Part shown: in pieces, positions 8,995-17,982 of the stretch | Layout of the letters: each line of letters opens with the position of its first letter | Position numbering within the stretch: the first letter of the stretch is position 1 | Assembly: GCA_041584095.1 (NCBI GenBank) | Contig: JBFHEP010000002.1 | Location: 1-40,022 of the forward strand | Reading direction: 5' to 3' | Length of the DNA: 40,022 bases | Origin: Acidimicrobiales bacterium | Lineage (GTDB): Bacteria > Actinomycetota > Acidimicrobiia > Acidimicrobiales > SZUA-35 | Position numbers and translations under genes: made by a program | Notes under the pieces: model-generated | Database searches by the model: none | Told to the model about the DNA's origin: nothing | Seen by the model: only the letters and a program-made list of their open reading frames with translations

Positions 8995-9450
8995 CTACTG
9001 CTGGTCTTCGTGGAGCGGTGCCAGCACGAAGTGGCCGTGGCTGTTGGCCACCACCCGGTCGCGTTCGTTCTGCCAGAGCTCGCAGCGGACATTGGCGACC
9101 CGGCGACCCTGGCGGGTGACGGTGGCCCGCCCGTAGGTGATGGTGTCGGAGCGAACCGGCCGGAGATAGTTGAACGACACGTCGACGGTCTTCGGCAGCC
9201 GCTCACAGTCGGTGTCGTGAATGAGTTGAAGTATCGCCGTCATCTCGAGGACGGCGCCGACCACACCCCCATGGACGGCGGGCAGGTTGGGATTGCCGGT
9301 CAGATGGGTCTGCGGCGGCAGCTCGGTGATCACCTCGTCACCCAGTTGATGGACTCTGAGCCCGATGAAGCGGGCGTAGGGAATGTGATCGAGCAGCGCC
9401 TCGAGGTCGTTTACCCGGCCCTCGGCGCGGAGTTGAGTGAGGAACTTCAT
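8995..9450 (-). CDS. PaaI-family hotdog-fold thioesterase
   Basis: 151 aa. The motif GNPNLPAVHGGVVGAVLEMTA is typical of PaaI/4HBT-type thioesterases. Its ATG overlaps the upstream gene's stop (ATGA at 9447-9450). Confidence 0.8.
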   Translation of the reverse strand: MKFLTQLRAEGRVNDLEALLDHIPYARFIGLRVHQLGDEVITELPPQTHLTGNPNLPAVHGGVVGAVLEMTAILQLIHDTDCERLPKTVDVSFNYLRPVRSDTITYGRATVTRQGRRVANVRCELWQNERDRVVANSHGHFVLAPLHEDQQ

Positions 9451-10034
9451 CTCCGTCCCTCGCCTTGTGAATGAACGGCGGGAGATTGAACGGCGGACGG
9501 AACGCCGGGGCGGCTGGTGAGTGGTCGGGTGGTATTGGGTGTGCCGGTCATGAAGGTGGCGGTACAGGTGGCGATCGGGTCATCGGGCGAGTCGTGATAG
9601 GCCACGCCCCGCACGAACGTTATCGATCGGGTCCGCTTGAAGCAGGTGGCCCGGGCGATCACCTCCCGACCGGGAGTGGCCGGACCCATGTAGTCGATCC
9701 GCAGGTCGAGGGTGGCGATGGCCACGGGTTCGGTCTCGGTGCCGGGTACCCGCACCGCAAACCCGGCGGCATTGTCGAGCAGGGCGGTGATGGCGCCACC
9801 GTGGATGACACCGGTGTCCGGATCGCCGACCAGGCTTTCGTCGTATGGCAGGGCGATCTCCACGAACTCGTCGGTGGCGTTGTGGAACCGTAGGCCGAGC
9901 GCGGCGGCGTGGGGGATGTTGGCCAGGTGCTCGACGATCGCCTGGCCGATCACCGGCCGTCGTCCGTTCGTCGGATGGCCGGCTCGAACATGTTCATGGT
10001 GTGACCCTATCCGGCTTCCCGTTCTCGATTTCAC
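9447..10034 (-). CDS. PaaI-family hotdog-fold thioesterase (second tandem copy)
   Basis: 195-codon ORF with the motif GDPDTGVIHGGAITALLDNAAGFAV. The N-terminal ~25 codons are uncertain. Confidence 0.75.
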   Translation of the reverse strand: MKSRTGSRIGSHHEHVRAGHPTNGRRPVIGQAIVEHLANIPHAAALGLRFHNATDEFVEIALPYDESLVGDPDTGVIHGGAITALLDNAAGFAVRVPGTETEPVAIATLDLRIDYMGPATPGREVIARATCFKRTRSITFVRGVAYHDSPDDPIATCTATFMTGTPNTTRPLTSRPGVPSAVQSPAVHSQGEGRR

Positions 10035-10081
10035 ACAGGCCGCAAGATCGACGATACGTCGGGGGCCTACACTGGCCGATC

Positions 10082-10864
10082 TTGGAACCTGGAGTCGCCA
10101 CAGGGCTGTTCGCTCTGGCCATGGTCATTGGTGCCTACGGTTCGATCATCGGTGCCGGCGGCGGGTTCCTGCTCATTCCCGGCCTCGCTCTGCTTTTCGG
10201 ACTCGAGGGTGCCGAGGCGGTCGGAACCGGCGTCATCACCCTGGCCTGTCTCCATGCGGCGGGATCCCTGACCTATGACCGTCACGGCCTCGTGGATCGA
10301 TCGGTGGCAGCCTGGTGGGCGTCGGTTGCGGGCCCCGTGGCACTGCTGAGCGGCTGGCTGTTGACCAACCGTCTCGACTCCGACGTGCTGTTGACGATCA
10401 TCGGTCTGCTGATGATTGCTCTCGCCGTGTTCGTCGTGACGGGTTCGGTTGGCGGCCGTCGCTCGGCGACCGAGATCGACGCCGGGACGCGAACCGAACC
10501 CCAGGTCGCTGCTCTCCTGATCGGTGGGTCGGGGGTCGGCTTCCTCAACGGGACCTTCGCGGTCGGCGGCGGTCTCATCGCCGTTCCCTATCTGGCCCGG
10601 GTGCAACGCTTGTCGGCGCATCGGGCGGCGGCCACGACGGCTGCGGCGGGGATGGTGGCCAGCTCGGCGGCGACGGTGGGTCACGCCCTGGCCGGCAACA
10701 TCGTTTGGGTCTATGCACCGCCGTTGATCCTCGGCGCGGTCATCGGATCGACCACCGGGGCTCGCTTGTCGCCGAGGCTGTCGCCTCGCATGATCATGGC
10801 GCTGCTGTCGGCTGGTCTGGTGACGGCCGGCGCCCCGCTGATCGGATTCACCCGCTGGGGTTGA
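10082..10864 (+). CDS. TauE/SafE-family (DUF81) anion permease
   Basis: Multi-TM protein with the family's internally duplicated glycine motif: GSIIGAGGGFLLIPGL and GFLNGTFAVGGGLIAVPYL. The ORF track starts at 9845 but runs antisense through the thioesterase gene. The TTG at 10082 is the first start that still includes TM1; the alternative ATG at 10121 would cut TM1. Confidence 0.7.
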   Translation: MEPGVATGLFALAMVIGAYGSIIGAGGGFLLIPGLALLFGLEGAEAVGTGVITLACLHAAGSLTYDRHGLVDRSVAAWWASVAGPVALLSGWLLTNRLDSDVLLTIIGLLMIALAVFVVTGSVGGRRSATEIDAGTRTEPQVAALLIGGSGVGFLNGTFAVGGGLIAVPYLARVQRLSAHRAAATTAAAGMVASSAATVGHALAGNIVWVYAPPLILGAVIGSTTGARLSPRLSPRMIMALLSAGLVTAGAPLIGFTRWG

Positions 10865-11003
10865 CGATCGCCCATATGCAGCTGAACATCATCTCGGGCC
10901 CGATGGGCGGGGTGGCATGGAGTGCGAAATTGGACCGGCGACGCGGATCTCCGATTGCCATTCGACACGACTCGGTCACCGGCCATTCGCTACCCTGGTC
11001 TGG

Positions 11004-11411
11004 GTGAGCACGTCCCGATCCGCTCAGGGCCGCCAGCAGGCGCCGGCCCCGGCCGCCAAGACATCGGCGGTCGTGAGCTACCGGCTCGCCCGCCAGCGGG
11101 TGGTCGACTCGATCCTTCGGGGCGATCGGCCCATCGAGACCGCCTGCGATGCTCAAGCCGAGCTGAGACGGGTTGCTCACAACTGTGGAACATTGTTGCC
11201 GGAACCTTGCCCGTTGTGCGACGGTTCAGATCTGGTGGCGGTAACGTTTGCCTTTGGCGCGTCCCTTCCCAAGTCGGGTCGGGTCGTCACCGATCTGGGT
11301 GAAGCCCGCAAGCTGAGAAATCGTGGTAGACCTTCTACGTGGTATGTCATCGAGGTGTGCCGCCAGTGCTGGTGGAACCACCTGCGGGAGTCCTTCGAAG
11401 TCTCAGGCTGA
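11004..11411 (+). CDS. DUF5318-like conserved actinobacterial protein (Cys4 motif)
   Basis: GTG at 11004. The pattern CPLCDGSDLVAVTFAFG...WYVIEVCRQCWWNHL matches my recollection of the DUF5318 signature (CPxC...VVEVCxxCxWNHL). That family usually sits directly upstream of a class A PBP in Actinobacteria, as it does here. Confidence 0.7.
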   Translation: MSTSRSAQGRQQAPAPAAKTSAVVSYRLARQRVVDSILRGDRPIETACDAQAELRRVAHNCGTLLPEPCPLCDGSDLVAVTFAFGASLPKSGRVVTDLGEARKLRNRGRPSTWYVIEVCRQCWWNHLRESFEVSG

Positions 11412-11462
11412 CCTGGCCGAGGCCCTGAACCGCACAGCCGGTCGACAGTTGGTGATACAGCA

Positions 11463-14174
11463 ATGACGACGTATGTTCCCGGGCCGCTTGCCGGTCCCGC
11501 TCCGCCCCGCAACCGGAGCCGCAATCCGTTCTGGCGTTTCCGACGCTTCTTCTTCGTGCTCTTTGTGATCGCCGGTGCCGGGCTGGCCGTCGCCTGGAAC
11601 TTCGCCAGCCAGGTGACGCTGACCGGCGACGACTTCGAGAATCTCAACGAGACCACCTACGTGTGCACCGGCGAGGTCGAGTTCGAGTGCGGCCCGGATT
11701 CGGCCGCTTACTCGGTTGCCCAGAACGCCGAGGATCGTATCGTCGTTGCCTACGACGAGATCCCCGAGGTCGTCATTCAGGCGGTACTCGCCACGGAAGA
11801 CAAGAGCTACTTCGATCATTCGGGTGTCGACCCGATCGGCCTCGCTCGGGCCGCGTACCAGGTGGTCAAACGTAAGCTCACCGGCGAGGGCAGCCTCCAG
11901 GGTGGTTCCACGATCACCCAGCAGTACATCAAGCTGACGTCGGGCGACTCCTCCGACAGCGTGTCGCGAAAGGCCCGCGAGGTGGTCCGGGCCATCAAGT
12001 TCGAACAGGAGCTGGCCGACGAGCTCGGCTCGAGGGAAGCGGCGAAGCAGCAGATCCTCGAGCGATACCTGAATCGAATCTGGTTCGGCCGCCGCTCCTA
12101 CGGCATCGCCGCCGCATCGCGTAACTACTTCGGCAAGGACCTTGCCGACGTGACGCTGCCCGAGGCCGCCTACCTGGCCGGCCTGATCCGCAACCCCGCC
12201 GCCGCCGATCCACTGGCCTTCCCCGACGAGGCGGCCCGTCGCCGGGCGGTCACGCTCGGTCTGATGGAGGAGCAGGAGTTCATCACCGCCGACCAGCGGG
12301 TGCTGGCCGAACAGGACAACTGGTCGTCACTGGTTCGCGAGGAGGCCAACGTCGAGGGCCTGGGCGACGTCAAGTGGGCCAACGTCGGCTCCGAATACTT
12401 CCTCTGGGAGGCCCGCAAGCAGCTCGAGACGATCTTCCCGCAGGCCGAGTACTACCAGCGGAGTCTCAGGGTCTACACCACGCTCAACCCTGAGATGCAA
12501 CGGATGGCCTACGACACGGTCGTCAACACCCTCGACCCGAGAAACCCCGATATGCCCCTCGGCTCCATCGTCAGCCTCGACGAGCAGGGGCGTGTCGTCG
12601 CGATGATGGCGGGCGCCGATTGGGACGCCTCGGAAGTCAATCTGGCCACCGGCCGGGGCGGCACCGGGTTCGAGCCCGGCTCGACCATGAAGCCGGTGGT
12701 GTTGGCCGAATTCATCGAGCAGGGGTTCTCGCTCGAATCCCTGTTCGACAACGAGCCCGTCACCTATCCGGAATGGAACTGGTCGCCCGGCGGTGGCACT
12801 CGAAACCCGGTGAACCGGGCCAAGACGGTGTCCGATGCAATGCGGTGGTCCCGGAACTCGATCTTCGCCCAGATGATCTTCCAGGTGGGTATCGAACCGG
12901 TGATCGACATGGCTCACCGCCTGGGGATCACCTCCAATATCGACGAGGTCCCCTCCATCGCCCTCGGCTCCAACACCGTGGCCCCGATCGAAATGGCCAC
13001 CGTCTACTCGACGTTCAAGAACGAGGGTGTGCGACTCGATCCGGTGTACATCGACCGGATCGAAGACGCCGACGGGAACGTGCTGTGCTGGTATCCGACG
13101 AAGGCCGGCGATTGCGACGGGATCGCCTCGGCGGCCGATGGCGTACGTCAGGGTGAGCAGGTCATCGACGGGTCCGTGGCCCGGCAGGTGAATCTCACCC
13201 TGGTCGACGTCGCCGCCAACGGCACCGGCAAGAATGCCCTGCTGGTCAACGAGGACGGCTCCGTCAGGGCCACGGCCGGGAAGACCGGCACGACCAACAA
13301 CGCCCAGCACGCCTGGTTCAACGGGTTCTCCTGCAAGCTCACCACAGCGGTGTGGATGGGCTATCCGGGTGTGGCCGGTCAGGTCGGCGCCCCTCGCACC
13401 ATGAGCGACGGAACCCTCGCCGCGTCCAACGTGGAGCGGGAGGCAGTCGGTGAGCCGCTGTGGCCGATGATCAGCGAGCTGTTCCCCGAATATGACGAGA
13501 TCCACGGCGGTGATATCCCCGCCCTCATGTGGCACGACTTCATGATGCAGGCAACTGCCGGCGACGAGCCTTGCGAGATTCCGACCGAGCAGTCGGGCGC
13601 CGATCAGCACGTCCTCGGTCTCGAACTGATGACCACACTGGTTCCCTGTGCCGAGCCCGACCCGGCGCTGGTCGCCGCGGCCCAGGCGCAGGCCGAGTCG
13701 ACGTCCACCTCGGAACCCGAGGGCGGCGGTGAAGGCGATGAGGGCGCCCTCGGTGTCATCGGGGGTGGAACCGGTGTCGGTTCCGGTTTCGGCTACGTCC
13801 GCCTGCCCACCTTCGTCTTCCGCGGCCCTGTACCAGCTCAGGACGGCGATGGCGACAACGGCGGCGTCATCGTGCCGACGACCGAACCGTGTCTCCCGAT
13901 CGACCTCGACGGCAATGTGATCGACGGGCCCACCACGACGATCGATCCTGCCGGCCCGTCGACCGTCGACCCGAACTCGTCGACGACCGAGCCCGAGCCT
14001 TCCACGTCCAGTAGCTCGACGAGTACGAGTACGTCGACCACCGCCCAGCAGACGACCACTGCGTCGACGGCCCCGTCGTCGAGCGACACCCAGTCGACGT
14101 CGACCACGGCGGCCGGAAACGGGAACAACGGCAATGGAAACGGCAACGGCGGGGGAGGCGGTGGCGGCGGCTGA
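11463..14174 (+). CDS. ponA: class A penicillin-binding protein (GT51 transglycosylase + transpeptidase) with low-complexity C-terminal tail
   Basis: N-terminal TM helix (FFFVLFVIAGAGLAVAW). GT51 motifs: LATEDKSYFDHSGVDP, GGSTITQQYIKL, RKAREVVRAIKFE, ILERYLN. Transpeptidase motifs: STMKP (SxxK), SRNS (SxN), KTGTT (KTG). The last ~190 aa are Asp/Gly/Thr/Ser-rich and end in NGNNGNGNGNGGGGGGGG. Confidence 0.92.
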   Translation: MTTYVPGPLAGPAPPRNRSRNPFWRFRRFFFVLFVIAGAGLAVAWNFASQVTLTGDDFENLNETTYVCTGEVEFECGPDSAAYSVAQNAEDRIVVAYDEIPEVVIQAVLATEDKSYFDHSGVDPIGLARAAYQVVKRKLTGEGSLQGGSTITQQYIKLTSGDSSDSVSRKAREVVRAIKFEQELADELGSREAAKQQILERYLNRIWFGRRSYGIAAASRNYFGKDLADVTLPEAAYLAGLIRNPAAADPLAFPDEAARRRAVTLGLMEEQEFITADQRVLAEQDNWSSLVREEANVEGLGDVKWANVGSEYFLWEARKQLETIFPQAEYYQRSLRVYTTLNPEMQRMAYDTVVNTLDPRNPDMPLGSIVSLDEQGRVVAMMAGADWDASEVNLATGRGGTGFEPGSTMKPVVLAEFIEQGFSLESLFDNEPVTYPEWNWSPGGGTRNPVNRAKTVSDAMRWSRNSIFAQMIFQVGIEPVIDMAHRLGITSNIDEVPSIALGSNTVAPIEMATVYSTFKNEGVRLDPVYIDRIEDADGNVLCWYPTKAGDCDGIASAADGVRQGEQVIDGSVARQVNLTLVDVAANGTGKNALLVNEDGSVRATAGKTGTTNNAQHAWFNGFSCKLTTAVWMGYPGVAGQVGAPRTMSDGTLAASNVEREAVGEPLWPMISELFPEYDEIHGGDIPALMWHDFMMQATAGDEPCEIPTEQSGADQHVLGLELMTTLVPCAEPDPALVAAAQAQAESTSTSEPEGGGEGDEGALGVIGGGTGVGSGFGYVRLPTFVFRGPVPAQDGDGDNGGVIVPTTEPCLPIDLDGNVIDGPTTTIDPAGPSTVDPNSSTTEPEPSTSSSSTSTSTSTTAQQTTTASTAPSSSDTQSTSTTAAGNGNNGNGNGNGGGGGGGG

Positions 14175-14197
14175 CCTCCCCAGCCCGGATTGGCAGA

Positions 14198-14244
14198 TTC
14201 TGCGCGCCTACGGCGCGCGCAGAACCTTTCAGATCGCGTTTTTT
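14198..14244 (+). terminator. candidate intrinsic terminator downstream of the PBP gene
   Basis: GC-rich hairpin: TTCTGCGCGCC (14198-14208), loop TAC, GGCGCGCGCAGAA (14212-14224), with a 2-nt bulge. A T6 run lies at 14239-14244. That run is 14 nt from the stem, so this is not a textbook terminator. It sits in the 113-nt convergent gap before the LysR gene. Confidence 0.35.
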
Positions 14245-14287
14245 GGGCTTGCGGTGGTTGGTCGGCCGGCTCGACGGGCCAGAAGAG

Positions 14288-15217
14288 CTACGCCGCCGTC
14301 TCGGCGTCGGGAGCTGCGGCGAGTAGCTGGTCGCAGACGTCGATGGCGATGTCGACGAAACGCCGGGCCACCGGTGACAGCGACCGGTCGCGCAACCAGA
14401 CCAGGTTGAGTTCGCGAGGCTCGATCTCCGGAACGGTCGATCGTACGGAGATCGTCGGGTCCGACACATCGATCGTGAGCAGGGGGACGACGGCGATCCC
14501 GACTCCGGCGCTCACCATGCCCTGGATGGTCCCGTTGTCATGTGACCGGAACGCATAGTTCGGTGTCACCCCGAGGCGTTCGAGCCCACGGTCGACACCG
14601 AGCCCGCAGGTGTCTCCAGGCGGTTGGCCGACGGCCGGCTTGCCGGAGAGCGACGTCAACTCCACCGGTCCGGGCGGATGATCGGCGGGAACCATGGCGA
14701 CATGGGGATCGGCTCCGAGATATCGGGACTCACAGTCGGGGTGAGGGTCGCCGACGATGAATGCGAGGTCGATGTCACCCCGCCGCAGGGAGCCGATACG
14801 GATGTCCTGGTCGGCGTCCTCCTCAACGACGGTCACCTCGACGTCCGGCGCCTCCTGATGAAGACGGCGAAAGATCAGCGGAAGGACGCGGGCCGAGATC
14901 GACTGGAACGTGCCGACGGCCAGTTTGCCCGAGACGCCGCGGCCGAACCGGTCGAGATCGTGTTCGGCCAGTTCAACCGCCTCGATGAGAGTGTTGGCAT
15001 GCTGCAGCATCATCTCTCCGGCCGCAGTGAGCTCCGGACGACGAGGGCCGGACGGCCGGTCGAACAGGGGTTGGCCGACCATCTGCTCCAGTGCCGCCAC
15101 TTGCTGGGAGACGGCCGATTGGGTGAATCCGAGCCTGGTTGCGGCTTTGCCGAAGGTGCCTTCCTCGGCCACTGCTCGGAGGGCGAGAAGGTGTCGTGTG
15201 CTCAACTCGTTCCACAT
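14288..15217 (-). CDS. LysR-family transcriptional regulator
   Basis: 309 aa. N-terminal wHTH motif LRAVAEEGTFGKAATRLGFTQSAVSQQVAALE, followed by a periplasmic-binding-protein-like effector domain. Divergent from the 15300 operon. Confidence 0.9.
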   Translation of the reverse strand: MWNELSTRHLLALRAVAEEGTFGKAATRLGFTQSAVSQQVAALEQMVGQPLFDRPSGPRRPELTAAGEMMLQHANTLIEAVELAEHDLDRFGRGVSGKLAVGTFQSISARVLPLIFRRLHQEAPDVEVTVVEEDADQDIRIGSLRRGDIDLAFIVGDPHPDCESRYLGADPHVAMVPADHPPGPVELTSLSGKPAVGQPPGDTCGLGVDRGLERLGVTPNYAFRSHDNGTIQGMVSAGVGIAVVPLLTIDVSDPTISVRSTVPEIEPRELNLVWLRDRSLSPVARRFVDIAIDVCDQLLAAAPDAETAA

Positions 15218-15229
15218 AATTTGGATTAT
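15216..15229. promoter_or_regulatory. AT-rich dyad ATAAT-TTGG-ATTAT, candidate LysR-type operator
   Basis: Perfect 5-bp arms with a 4-bp spacer. It lies in the 82-nt AT-rich divergent region and overlaps the LysR start codon (15215-15217). The assignment rests only on position and dyad symmetry. Confidence 0.3.
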
Positions 15230-15271
15230 AAGACTAACTGATCAATACGGCAAATAATCATCGCTTTTGAT

Positions 15272-15286
15272 GGACACCACGTGTCC
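15272..15286. promoter_or_regulatory. dyad GGACAC-CAC-GTGTCC upstream of the 15300 ORF
   Basis: Perfect 6-bp inverted arms with a 3-bp spacer, 14 nt upstream of the ATG at 15300. It could be a second operator half or an RNA hairpin. Confidence 0.3.
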
Positions 15287-15299
15287 GTAGGATTGAATC

Positions 15300-15704
15300 A
15301 TGAAGAAGATTCCCAGCACCGAAGACCTCGCCCGACTCGGAGCCTCGATCCACGATCACGGGTTCCGACCCAACGAACAACAACTCACCGACATCGCCCT
15401 CCTGGCCCGCCAGGTGCGACCCGACTGGGCCGTTCTCGACGTGGTGGCCGACCGTGCCCACCCGGAAGTGGTCCGGGCACGAGCCCTCAGCCGACTGAGT
15501 GCCGACTGGGAGTCGATTCGGCTCGAACTCGAATCCTTTCGAGCCCGCTTCGAGGCCGATCTCGAAGGCCTCCTGACCCGCTGGAACGTCCACCAGGATC
15601 TCCGCCGGAGCGGCGCTCCCGTGGCCGACCTGGTCGAGTCCCGGAGCCGGCTCGACGCCATCCGCTCCGAAATGGGCCGCTACCGGCAGCTTGTGACACG
15701 ATAA
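15300..15704 (+). CDS. hypothetical small helical protein
   Basis: 134 aa with an ATG start. Predicted all-helical and Arg/Leu/Asp-rich. I recognise no family. The stop lies 4 nt before the aminotransferase GTG. Confidence 0.55.
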   Translation: MKKIPSTEDLARLGASIHDHGFRPNEQQLTDIALLARQVRPDWAVLDVVADRAHPEVVRARALSRLSADWESIRLELESFRARFEADLEGLLTRWNVHQDLRRSGAPVADLVESRSRLDAIRSEMGRYRQLVTR

Positions 15705-15708
15705 GCGG

Positions 15709-16989
15709 GTGATCGAGTCGGAACGGAAGCTGGCCGCGTTGGTCGATGAGGCCCACGCGGCCTACCGTTCCGCCCGGCCGGTGAGCGCCCGATGGCACGC
15801 TGACGCATGTCTGGTACTGCCGGGAGGCAACACCCGGTCGGTCCTGCACTTCGATCCGTTCCCGTTCCGTGTGGCTTCGGCTCACGATCAGGTCCTGATC
15901 GACGTCGACGGCCACCACTACATCGACTTCTGCGGCAACTACACCGCCGCCCTCCTCGGACACTCACCGGCCACCGTCCAAGCGGCGGTGGCCGACGTCT
16001 TGAACGAGGGCTGGGCGCTGGGTGCCACCCACCCTCGGGAGGTGGAACTGGCCCGACTCATCTGCGACCGGTTCCCCTCGATCGACCTGGTGCGGTTCAC
16101 CAACTCGGGCACCGAGGCCAATCTCATGGCCATCGGGACTGCGCTCAACCACGTCGCCTCCGAGGGCGACGAGCGCTGCACCATCGGCGTCTTCGACCAC
16201 GCCTACCACGGCGGTGTCCTGTCGTTCGGTCCTCATGGCGGACCTCATAACCCGATGAACGTGCCACACCGGTTCCGGGTTGCCCACTTCGACGACGTCG
16301 CCGGTCTCGACGAATTGTTCCAGCCCGACCTGGCCTGTGTGCTGGTCGAACCGGTCCAGGGCTCCGGCGGCTGCCGGCCGGCCTCACTCCCGTTCCTTCA
16401 CGAGCTTCGCCGTCGCTGTGACGACACCGGCACTCTGCTGATCTTCGACGAGGTCATGACCTCCCGTCTGGCTCCGGGCGGGGCGCAACAGCGATTCGAC
16501 GTCATGCCCGATTTGACGACACTGGGCAAGTACCTGGCCGGGGGCATGACGTTCGGTGCCTTCGGTGGACGCCGCGACCTCATGGCCGCCTTCGAACCGT
16601 CGGGGGAGCGCGCGCTGACCCAGGCCGGCACCTTCAACAACAACATCGTGTCGATGACCGCCGCCATCACCACGCTGCGACACGAGCTCGACGCCGACAC
16701 GCTCGGTGAGGTCAACGCCCGGGGGGATCGCCTCCGCGGTGACCTCCAAACGACATTCGCCGATGCCGGTGCTGGTCTCTGGGTGACCGGGCTCGGCTCG
16801 ATGTTGTGCGTGCACAGTGACGACGATCGTCTCGTCGAACTCTACTTCCACGCCATGCTGGCCCGTGGGCTGTACTTGGCCCGGCGGGGCTTCATGGCCC
16901 TCTCCAAGGCGCTGACCGACGACGACTGCCGCCGCCTGGTCGACGCCACCGCCGAGTGGGCGGCCGGCCTTGCGCAGAACGGTCGCTGA
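15709..16989 (+). CDS. class-III (GSA-aminomutase-like) PLP-dependent aminotransferase
   Basis: 426 aa with a GTG start. Motifs: LPGGNTRS, YIDFCGNYTAALLGH, FTNSGTEANLMAI, LLIFDEVMTSRL, TTLGKYLAGGMTFGAFGG (Schiff-base Lys in TLGK). Confidence 0.85.
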   Translation: MIESERKLAALVDEAHAAYRSARPVSARWHADACLVLPGGNTRSVLHFDPFPFRVASAHDQVLIDVDGHHYIDFCGNYTAALLGHSPATVQAAVADVLNEGWALGATHPREVELARLICDRFPSIDLVRFTNSGTEANLMAIGTALNHVASEGDERCTIGVFDHAYHGGVLSFGPHGGPHNPMNVPHRFRVAHFDDVAGLDELFQPDLACVLVEPVQGSGGCRPASLPFLHELRRRCDDTGTLLIFDEVMTSRLAPGGAQQRFDVMPDLTTLGKYLAGGMTFGAFGGRRDLMAAFEPSGERALTQAGTFNNNIVSMTAAITTLRHELDADTLGEVNARGDRLRGDLQTTFADAGAGLWVTGLGSMLCVHSDDDRLVELYFHAMLARGLYLARRGFMALSKALTDDDCRRLVDATAEWAAGLAQNGR

Positions 16990-17982
16990 GTGGCCGACAT
17001 CGCGCCTCCGAGCGCAGCCGTCGGAGGGAAAGGTGGCGCAACGGTCGACGACAGTGGCGCGTCCAGCCTGGCCGGTCTGCTCGGCGCCGCGCTGGCCGTC
17101 ACCGCGTGGGGTTCTGCCAGCGTGCTGGTCAAGGCGGTCGACATGGGCGGTCTCGCCGTCGCCGTCTACCGCTTCCTGTTGCACTTCGTCGCCATTGCCA
17201 TCTGGATGCGGTACCGGGGCACGCCGTTCTCACTGCGGGCGCTCCGCCTGTCGGCGTTCGGTGGTATCGCCTTGGCGCTCGACGTCGCCTTCTTCTTCAC
17301 GGCGGTCAAGGAGACCTCCGTCATCAACGCCACCCTGATCGGCGCCCTCCAACCGATCCTCGTCGGGGTGGTGGCGGCACGATTCTTCGGCGAGAGGATC
17401 CGTCCCCGCGACGCACTGTGGTCGATCGCAGCGCTGGCCGGCGTGTTCGCCGTGGTCGTGACGGCGGCCGACAGCGCCGTGTCGAGCATGAAGGGTGATC
17501 TCCTGGCGGTCGGAGCGCTGATCTCCTGGAGCGCCTACTTCATCGCCTCGAGGCAGTCGAGGAACACCCTGACCTCGACCGAGTTCACGGCGGGGGCCGC
17601 GCTGTGGGCCGGCGTACTGAACCTCCCACTGGCCATTGCCTTCGGTCAGGACCTGTCGATGCCGACCGGCCGGGATCTGACGCTGATCCTGATCATCACG
17701 TTCGTGGCCGGGGTGTTCGGCCACAGCCTCATGAACTGGTCGCTGGTGCAGATCCCGCTGTGGGTCGGCTCGACCTTCACCCTGATGATCCCGGTGGCCG
17801 CATCGGTGATCGCCTGGGTTGCGCTCGGCGAGCCACTGACCGCAGCCCAGATGCTGGGTACGGCGGCGGTGCTTGGAGCCCTGGCTGCCATCGTGATCGG
17901 CCAGTCGAGACCCACCGGCCGCCGGCGACGTGGGGCCGGGTGGGGCGGAGGATCGCAGCCGGCCGCTACTCGTCGAGTGTGA
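16990..17982 (+). CDS. EamA/DMT-family transporter
   Basis: 330 aa. The GTG start directly abuts the upstream TGA. About 10 hydrophobic helices sit in two similar halves, typical of the drug/metabolite transporter superfamily. Confidence 0.8.
   Translation: MADIAPPSAAVGGKGGATVDDSGASSLAGLLGAALAVTAWGSASVLVKAVDMGGLAVAVYRFLLHFVAIAIWMRYRGTPFSLRALRLSAFGGIALALDVAFFFTAVKETSVINATLIGALQPILVGVVAARFFGERIRPRDALWSIAALAGVFAVVVTAADSAVSSMKGDLLAVGALISWSAYFIASRQSRNTLTSTEFTAGAALWAGVLNLPLAIAFGQDLSMPTGRDLTLILIITFVAGVFGHSLMNWSLVQIPLWVGSTFTLMIPVAASVIAWVALGEPLTAAQMLGTAAVLGALAAIVIGQSRPTGRRRRGAGWGGGSQPAATRRV

Noticed and set aside
12327-13610. 427-aa minus-strand ORF inside the PBP gene
   Set aside because: It is antisense to a gene carrying all the GT51 and SxxK/SxN/KTG motifs. 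It is a compositional artefact of high GC.
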